A program made the translations under genes and the position numbers. Shown piece by piece: positions 44,312 to 49,774 of a DNA stretch of 49,774 nt. Numbering within the stretch: position 1 is the first letter of the stretch; each line of letters opens with the position of its first letter. A model generated the notes under the pieces. It saw only the letters and a list, made by a program, of their open reading frames with translations, was not told where the DNA came from and made no database searches. Source of the stretch: an uncultured Candidatus Saccharibacteria bacterium (GTDB lineage Bacteria; Patescibacteriota; Dojkabacteria; JAOAGR01); contig CAZVIJ010000005.1 in assembly GCA_964626735.1 (NCBI GenBank), positions 1-49,774 of the forward strand, read 5' to 3'.

Positions 44312-45127
44312 ATGGCACGCCTCTACATCGGGATGTCCGGGTTCCAGTACGGAGAAATGAACAGGAAGCTTTATCCCGAGTACATAAAAAAAGACGAACT
44401 GTTAGGGTACTACGCAACGCGGTTCAAGACAGTGGAAATCAACACTACTTTTTACGGAGCGCCGCGACAAACTTCCCTGGAAACATGGAAGTCGAGCGTT
44501 GGCGAGGATTTCGTATTTTCGTTTAAAGCCCCAAGGGTAATAACTCATGTCCCCGATTTCAATTTCGACGATGACGACTTGCGGAGATTCATCAATTCGA
44601 TGATTGCCTTTTCGGATGGAAGGCACATCATCCTCTTCCAGCTGCCCGAAACGACAGCGAAAAATCTCTTCCAGCTGAAAAAGCTTTTGGGGCATTTGCC
44701 GAACGGGTTCAAGTACGCATTCGAATTTCGGAGCTATCGCTGGTTTTCTCATGACGTGTATGCCGAGCTGGAGCGACACAATGCATCGATCGTTACTTCC
44801 GACAATCCGAAAGGAAGCTCCGGCAGCTACGTCTGGCCGAGGAAAAATCGCGAAACGGCTGACTTTTCGTACTTTAGGATGCATGGGAGCGAAACGCTGT
44901 ATACTTCCTCCTACGACGAAGGGGAGCTCAGGAAATATGCCGCGCTCGTTCGCGATAAGCTAAAGCGAGGGAAAGACGTATTCGTGTATTTCAACAACAA
45001 TCGGGAAGGACACGGCATACTGAATGCACGTTCGTTTATCGCGATGTTTCCGGACCTCGCCTATCTCACAACCGGAAGGCAGATCTATTCGAAGTCTGGC
45101 AGCTATCTATTCGATAAGGGCGCTTAA
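44312..45127 (+). CDS. DUF72 (YecE/UPF0759) family protein
   Basis: LYIGMSGFQY..YYATRFKTVEINTTFYGAPRQTSLETWKSSVGEDFVFSFKAPRVITH is the typical DUF72 N-terminal pattern. Confidence 0.75.
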   Translation: MARLYIGMSGFQYGEMNRKLYPEYIKKDELLGYYATRFKTVEINTTFYGAPRQTSLETWKSSVGEDFVFSFKAPRVITHVPDFNFDDDDLRRFINSMIAFSDGRHIILFQLPETTAKNLFQLKKLLGHLPNGFKYAFEFRSYRWFSHDVYAELERHNASIVTSDNPKGSSGSYVWPRKNRETADFSYFRMHGSETLYTSSYDEGELRKYAALVRDKLKRGKDVFVYFNNNREGHGILNARSFIAMFPDLAYLTTGRQIYSKSGSYLFDKGA

Positions 45128-46203
45128 TGCGTTACCGAAAGTTCGTAAATGACGACTTCCCCGAAGTTCGAGTCAATACATTTGCCTGCGCTTTCCGTTG
45201 AACAGTTCGACTGCGTGTAGGCTCCTGCCTTGAAGTATGCGCCGCTATACGATTTATTGAGCGAATATACCGGTTTTGATGAATTGTTGTAGAAGACATC
45301 GGTATTGCCATCTGAAACGACGAATGAGAACGAAAACTTTTTTCCGAGCGAGTAGTTGTCGTCCAAAACAAAATCGTTCTTCCCGTCTACATTGACATAC
45401 AGCTTCGGTAACTCAAGCCTGATCACGATAACGTCGCTGCTCCCGTCATGGATTTGACCGGCGACCACGTGTTTCTTGGTTTGCGGCACAGCCGTTATCG
45501 ATTCGACGACCTTCATGGTATGCGTACCAGTAGTGCTCGACCATGATGCGTTTTCGCTACCGTTTTTGACCATTTCCCGAAGCTCAGATCGAGGGTAACC
45601 GGAACCGCTTGTCGTAACGCCGTTTACCGGTGCTCGAAAACGAACTCCTCCCGGCACAACACTGAACCAGGGATCGAGCTTATACGTGGCTAGCTGCGGC
45701 TGCTTGATCTCCAAGGGCTTCTTGGGTTCTCCGATCGGTAGCGTTTCTTTCCAATTCGTCAGGTTGAGCGCTTGTGCAGGATACTGTACCCCGCTTGATG
45801 CGGTTGGCGTTGCACCCGATGTCGGCTTCTGCGTCGGAACTTTCGTAGGCGTAGCGGTAGCAGTAGGCTGCGTTGATGGAATACCGGTTGCGGTCGGAGT
45901 AATCGTAGCTCTTGTGCTGTCGGCGACGAAAGCCTTGCGGAATATCTCGAAATCATTCAAGTTGACGAATGTATCGTGATTCAAATCGGCTCGTGCAGTT
46001 GTAGGATTTAACGTGCCGTCTTGCGATTCGGCAAATTCGATACGGAAAATTTCGAAATCAGAGAGATTAACGCTTCCGTCGCAGTTAACATCTCCCTTAA
46101 CGCACTCTCCTGAAGCATGCGTTAACCTCGTGAACGGCAATAGAGGTAAGAGTAGCAAAAAGCATGAGCTCAAAGCAAAAAGAGTGTGGCGAGTGCGAGG
46201 CAT
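45124..46203 (-). CDS. Secreted polysaccharide lyase family 7 (alginate-lyase-2 fold) enzyme with N-terminal dockerin-type repeats
   Basis: Signal LFALSSCFLLLLPLLPF. Two dockerin-like Ca-binding repeats: GDVNCDGSVNLSDFEIFRIEF and ADLNHDTFVNLNDFEIFRKAF. Thr/Pro linker. PL7 signatures: YPRSELREM, VAGQIHD, YFKAGAYTQSN. Confidence 0.85.
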   Translation of the reverse strand: MPRTRHTLFALSSCFLLLLPLLPFTRLTHASGECVKGDVNCDGSVNLSDFEIFRIEFAESQDGTLNPTTARADLNHDTFVNLNDFEIFRKAFVADSTRATITPTATGIPSTQPTATATPTKVPTQKPTSGATPTASSGVQYPAQALNLTNWKETLPIGEPKKPLEIKQPQLATYKLDPWFSVVPGGVRFRAPVNGVTTSGSGYPRSELREMVKNGSENASWSSTTGTHTMKVVESITAVPQTKKHVVAGQIHDGSSDVIVIRLELPKLYVNVDGKNDFVLDDNYSLGKKFSFSFVVSDGNTDVFYNNSSKPVYSLNKSYSGAYFKAGAYTQSNCSTESAGKCIDSNFGEVVIYELSVTH

Positions 46204-46238
46204 TACTCGACAATAACAAAATCATCACATGATGTGAA

Positions 46239-47108
46239 TTACGTCGAAAGCGTAAATCGTCCCATCGCATACTTTCCGCTGTAAGCAACAAACCGCATTT
46301 TCGAGCCTTCGAGCGTCATCACCGTATAGACAGCAGGATTATTGTCCCGGTAATCCATACCGGCAATATTGTCGGAAAACGAAGGCACCCCGATGAAATG
46401 CTTATTCCCTACTGACTCGTACGAAATTTCATGCACGTGTGCGCTGACTGTTGCAACGACGCTCGGTGAAGAAGAGACTATTTCGAGCAGCTCAGGCTGG
46501 TCCATGTACGTAACGCCTTGCGGAAATGTCTCGAACAAAAAATTGCCGGCCATGCTGCTTGGCCGTAAAACGGGATAATGCGACAGCAAAATAACATTAT
46601 CGCCTGATCCCAATATTGCCTTGAGCCACGCAAGTCGCTCATTTCCTATTACCGCGAATCGAAATTTCTCCCGTTGAACCATATCATAATCGAACCAAAC
46701 AAATCGATAGTCGCCAATCTGTTGCGTTCCTGCGAGATCGGTTCTCATCCCCTTAACCGTAAGCAAATCGACAAAAGCCTCCCTTCCAAGTGCGCTGAGG
46801 TCATGGTTGCCTGCGATGTTTATCGTTGCAGGTTCAATGGTTGAGATCAAATCGAGGGCTGTGCCTGCATTCTTAACATTGGCCGCTTCACGAGCAGCCT
46901 GATCGGGATTGTGATGAGGCTTCACTTCATTAAGTACGTCTCCAAAGTTGATTGCAGCTGCAAAATTCATGGCATTCCAATACGGAATGCTTGTCCTGAG
47001 TTTCTCTTCGGCGATATGGTTCGCCTGCCTCTGTTCGCCAGGTTTGTATCCGTTCGGTTGGGGCTGTCCGACATGGATATCAGCCAGAAGTAAAATATCG
47101 TGTGCCAT
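46239..47108 (-). CDS. Calcineurin-like metallophosphoesterase
   Basis: The motifs occur in canonical order: LLLADIHVG, NFGDVLNE, AGNHD, LLSHYP, SAHVHE. Confidence 0.8.
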   Translation of the reverse strand: MAHDILLLADIHVGQPQPNGYKPGEQRQANHIAEEKLRTSIPYWNAMNFAAAINFGDVLNEVKPHHNPDQAAREAANVKNAGTALDLISTIEPATINIAGNHDLSALGREAFVDLLTVKGMRTDLAGTQQIGDYRFVWFDYDMVQREKFRFAVIGNERLAWLKAILGSGDNVILLSHYPVLRPSSMAGNFLFETFPQGVTYMDQPELLEIVSSSPSVVATVSAHVHEISYESVGNKHFIGVPSFSDNIAGMDYRDNNPAVYTVMTLEGSKMRFVAYSGKYAMGRFTLST

Positions 47109-47951
47109 TTACGGTTGCTTTAAGGTAAGCGATTTGAGGATATCCGTCATTTGGTTGAGCGCGTTGGTTAGCTCGGTGCTGCCTTTCGCCGGCAATTTGT
47201 TGATATCCTTTTCGTTGTAGGACATGGTGATGACGTATCCTTTGTTGGAAGAAGCGCTGTAATAGTTGAAAGGGCCGCCATTCGTCACGTACGAGAAGTA
47301 CCACAACGTTGCATTATTCGCCGGGATATTGCAGACCTCTTTATTAGAAGCAGGACCGACGTAGAGGTCGTATCGGTATTTGTCGGAGTACGCGGCGAAT
47401 TTCTCAGTCGGCGTACAATCGTTTTGCGGTCGAGCTTTCTCCACTGCATCCGCGCTTGGCGCGCCTTGCGTTATTTCCGAAAGCCTGCCTCCCTGCACTC
47501 CGCTTGCTTGGTATGCTTGCGAATTTACGTACAGGATATACTTGCCTCCGATGATGTTCAGCGCGGTACCGTTGAGCGCCGGCGTTGCAGTCCAGTTCGC
47601 GGGGATCGTTACTTTCATATAGGCATTCTCGAACGTGCCGTTCGTAACCGCTGTTGGGGTTGGCGTCGCTGTCGGCGCAAGTGTGGGTGTTGAGGTAGGA
47701 GCGGTAGTTGGATTGCCTGCTGTCGCCCCGGTATTGGTTGTAGTTGAGGTAGGGGTGGGAGTGGTTGTCGTCGATGTTGTCGGCGTAGGAGCAGCTTGGG
47801 TAGTATTCGTATCGGCTCCCGAGGATTGCGATTTTCTTCGGATGAGGTAATACGATGCGAGACCGCCGATAATGATGATAAGCACGAGAAGGACAATGAT
47901 GCTTCTCAATGCAGCGTTGTTATCTTGTAGTGGGGTACTGCTGGTTGCCAT
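47109..47951 (-). CDS. Membrane-anchored secreted protein (TM, ~60-aa Thr/Pro linker, ~170-aa globular domain), unknown function
   Basis: TM segment IIVLLVLIIIIGGLASYYLI. Linker TTQAAPTPTTSTTTTPTPTSTTTNTG...PTATPTPTAV. It abuts the metallophosphoesterase gene with 0-nt spacing. Confidence 0.6.
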   Translation of the reverse strand: MATSSTPLQDNNAALRSIIVLLVLIIIIGGLASYYLIRRKSQSSGADTNTTQAAPTPTTSTTTTPTPTSTTTNTGATAGNPTTAPTSTPTLAPTATPTPTAVTNGTFENAYMKVTIPANWTATPALNGTALNIIGGKYILYVNSQAYQASGVQGGRLSEITQGAPSADAVEKARPQNDCTPTEKFAAYSDKYRYDLYVGPASNKEVCNIPANNATLWYFSYVTNGGPFNYYSASSNKGYVITMSYNEKDINKLPAKGSTELTNALNQMTDILKSLTLKQP

Positions 47952-48003
47952 AGATTAACCCGAGTATACTATATCTTACATTTCAAGTGCAGCAGTAATG
48001 CTT

Positions 48004-48477
48004 TCATGGAACTAGCTTCAACTCCTTCAATACCGGAACGATATTTTGGGCTAGATTCAAAGGTAAGGAGCTGAGTTGAAAGTATTGCGCTTTCATCTCC
48101 GGGTCTTTCGGTTGAACGTTTGAATTGCCGATAACTCGCGCTCGGTAATGGAAAAGGACGTATTCCCGCTTCACCCCGTTTACATCTCGATTAAAGGTGA
48201 ATATAACCGGCGCACCCTCCAACTCTATTTCTACTCCGGCCTCCTCTTCTGCTTCACGAATTACCGCAGATTGAATCGTTTCATCATCTTTGACGCTGCC
48301 TCCGGGAACTGACCAAAATTCATCATCCGGACCTTGCGATAAGAGTATTTCATTTCGATCATTCACGATAACGGGTCCAGCGACCAGGCTGATTGTTTTC
48401 TCCTCGCCGTCTTCCATACCAATCGCCTTGTACTTCTTTATTTCAGTTGAACTGCTCATGTAACCAAAGTATATCAA
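48004..48477 (-). CDS. NUDIX hydrolase
   Basis: Complete Nudix box GX5EX7REUXEEXGU in GGSVKDDETIQSAVIREAEEEAGVEI. Confidence 0.85.
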   Translation of the reverse strand: MIYFGYMSSSTEIKKYKAIGMEDGEEKTISLVAGPVIVNDRNEILLSQGPDDEFWSVPGGSVKDDETIQSAVIREAEEEAGVEIELEGAPVIFTFNRDVNGVKREYVLFHYRARVIGNSNVQPKDPEMKAQYFQLSSLPLNLAQNIVPVLKELKLVP

Positions 48478-48515
48478 CTTTCAAAACACGAAATGAATTC
48501 ATATACTGAATACGT

Positions 48516-49673
48516 ATGCCGTCCGGAGATCCCAAACAAGGTAATGAAATAGATCTAACTACGATAAAAACGCCGAGTAAGAAAAGTTGGCTAACCATAG
48601 CTCTCTACACGGTCATTGTCGTGATTATCTCCGCGGGCGCCGAGGCGTATTTCATCAAGCCGAGATTAAGCCGGAAAGACGGCGACGATGTCTTGAATAC
48701 ATCTAAAGTAACCCAATACGCCCAAGTAACCCCAACAGAAGTTGACGATCACCCGATTGACGATACTGCCCTTACGGCTACGCAGATCGTAACGGCAACT
48801 CCTACAGCATCATTCGCAGGTAAGCTTGCTTTGGGAGACAATAAATATACGACATCCCCCAAGCAGGGTTACATCTATGTGTGTGAAGCGATGTTCAACG
48901 AAAAGGGAGGTGCAGGGACAGATGGCCCATGGATATCCGGGACGACATGGGATCCTTCCAAAAAATTGTCAGTTCAAGGATCGATTTCTTGGCCTAATGC
49001 CAAAATGACGATATCTAAAAGCGGCGACAAACGTATTTTCGCCACAAACGATTTGCCCGGTACCCACGCGACAGGGAAATTCCCGATAGCATCAAGCGAT
49101 CCGGCGTACCAATACGATCGTAACCCCAACTCGATTTCTGCGCAGACAAAAAGTATTTCGATCACGCTTAACCCAATGATCGGGAATAGTCCGCAATGCG
49201 TGCGGGGAACGGTCGGGGTGATGCTGACCGGAGTATTGCTCTTCGATGGACTCGATGCGGGAGGCAGGGATGCCGCAGCCCATGAGGTGCAAGACTCGTG
49301 CCAAGGTCATCCGGAAAAAACGGGATCATACCACTACCATAACCTCAGTTCATGCATTCAAAACGGAAAATCGAATACGTTGGTCGGTTACGCGTGGGAT
49401 GGATTCGGCATTTACGGATCGCTTGATGCATCAGGAAAAGAGTTGACGACAAAAGATCTCGACGAATGCCACGGCACCACAAGCGAAGTTGAGTGGGAAG
49501 GGAAAAAAGTTTCGATGTACCACTACGTAATGACAAAAGACTATCCATACTCCGTTGGCTGCTTTAAAGGCAGCACCGTTTATCGCGAAAACCCGCAGCC
49601 TCAACGAATGGAACAATCACAAGGGCAAAAGCCGCCTCAAAACGGACAATACGGTCCACCACCCATGCAGTGA
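48516..49673 (+). CDS. Membrane-anchored YHYH-domain protein
   Basis: TM segment WLTIALYTVIVVIISAGAEAYF. GSYHYHNLSSC and VSMYHYVMTKDYPYSVGCFKG match the YHYH-family signature. Confidence 0.6.
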   Translation: MPSGDPKQGNEIDLTTIKTPSKKSWLTIALYTVIVVIISAGAEAYFIKPRLSRKDGDDVLNTSKVTQYAQVTPTEVDDHPIDDTALTATQIVTATPTASFAGKLALGDNKYTTSPKQGYIYVCEAMFNEKGGAGTDGPWISGTTWDPSKKLSVQGSISWPNAKMTISKSGDKRIFATNDLPGTHATGKFPIASSDPAYQYDRNPNSISAQTKSISITLNPMIGNSPQCVRGTVGVMLTGVLLFDGLDAGGRDAAAHEVQDSCQGHPEKTGSYHYHNLSSCIQNGKSNTLVGYAWDGFGIYGSLDASGKELTTKDLDECHGTTSEVEWEGKKVSMYHYVMTKDYPYSVGCFKGSTVYRENPQPQRMEQSQGQKPPQNGQYGPPPMQ

Positions 49674-49678
49674 TTTTA

Positions 49679-49774
49679 TTAGTCCTTTGTGGTTTTCTTT
49701 GCTAGCTCGTTCAGCCTGAACTTTACGATTTTCTCGACAAGCGTATCGGGAATTTCCTGATCGTGCGCGAACTG
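49679..49774 (-). CDS. C-terminal 31 codons of an unidentified gene entering from beyond the window
   Basis: Reverse strand is open from the window edge to the TAA at 49681-49679: QFAHDQEIPDTLVEKIVKFRLNELAKKTTKD*. Too short to identify. Confidence 0.3.
   Translation of the reverse strand, partial: QFAHDQEIPDTLVEKIVKFRLNELAKKTTKD

Noticed and set aside
1-49774. A window-wide look for transposases, integrases, phage structural genes, CRISPR-Cas, restriction-modification systems, toxin-antitoxin pairs or other named defence systems.
   Set aside because: No ORF shows DDE, tyrosine or serine recombinase, Cas, methyltransferase or classic toxin motifs that I can recognise. No inverted terminal repeats or att-like duplications flank the tRNA-Val.

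Overview
The window looks like a gene-dense chromosomal segment from a small-genome bacterium that uses the standard genetic code. TAA, TGA and TAG all act as stops. GC content is about 45-50% by eye. Taxonomy is inferred only. The mix of minimal housekeeping genes with many very large or membrane-anchored secreted proteins carrying Thr/Pro-rich linkers resembles CPR/Patescibacteria-type or other reduced Gram-positive-like genomes. I support about 47 protein-coding genes, one tRNA-Val(GAC), one T-box leader, several intrinsic terminators and one promoter/operator region.

Recognisable housekeeping genes:
- a partial thymidylate-synthase-like gene, CutA, dCMP deaminase and a HIT protein
- LeuRS, preceded by a T-box riboswitch with a candidate CUC specifier
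- SSB, MurA and RecO
- a PgsA-type CDP-alcohol phosphatidyltransferase interrupted by one in-frame TAA
- an M16C (PreP-like) peptidase, an M3 oligoendopeptidase F and RuvX
- a CPA2 antiporter with an RCK domain, LexA, TypA/BipA and a NUDIX hydrolase
- a metallophosphoesterase and DUF72, NADAR and TfoX-N proteins

Accessory or surface content:
- a 1104-aa Cys-rich protein with DUF11 repeats
- a 1166-aa beta-helix/FN3/golvesin-like protein
- two paralogous type-I anchored proteins sharing an IEWxEPxDFSG module
- a dockerin-PL7 polysaccharide lyase
- several proteins built as TM anchor, Thr/Pro linker and globular domain

Features most worth a second look:
- the T-box leader on leuS
- the nonsense-interrupted pgsA
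- a periodic GAAC/GTTC array overlapping the lexA promoter, which may be an unusual SOS operator
- an untracked 42-aa Lys/Ala-rich histone-H1-like gene with tandem terminators
- an orphan-gene islet (219-aa unknown, 4-fold-beta-flower-like, GIY-YIG) next to lexA and a truncated photolyase-like gene

I saw no CRISPR array, transposase, integrase or known defence system. All family calls come from motif recognition by eye, and no searches were run.
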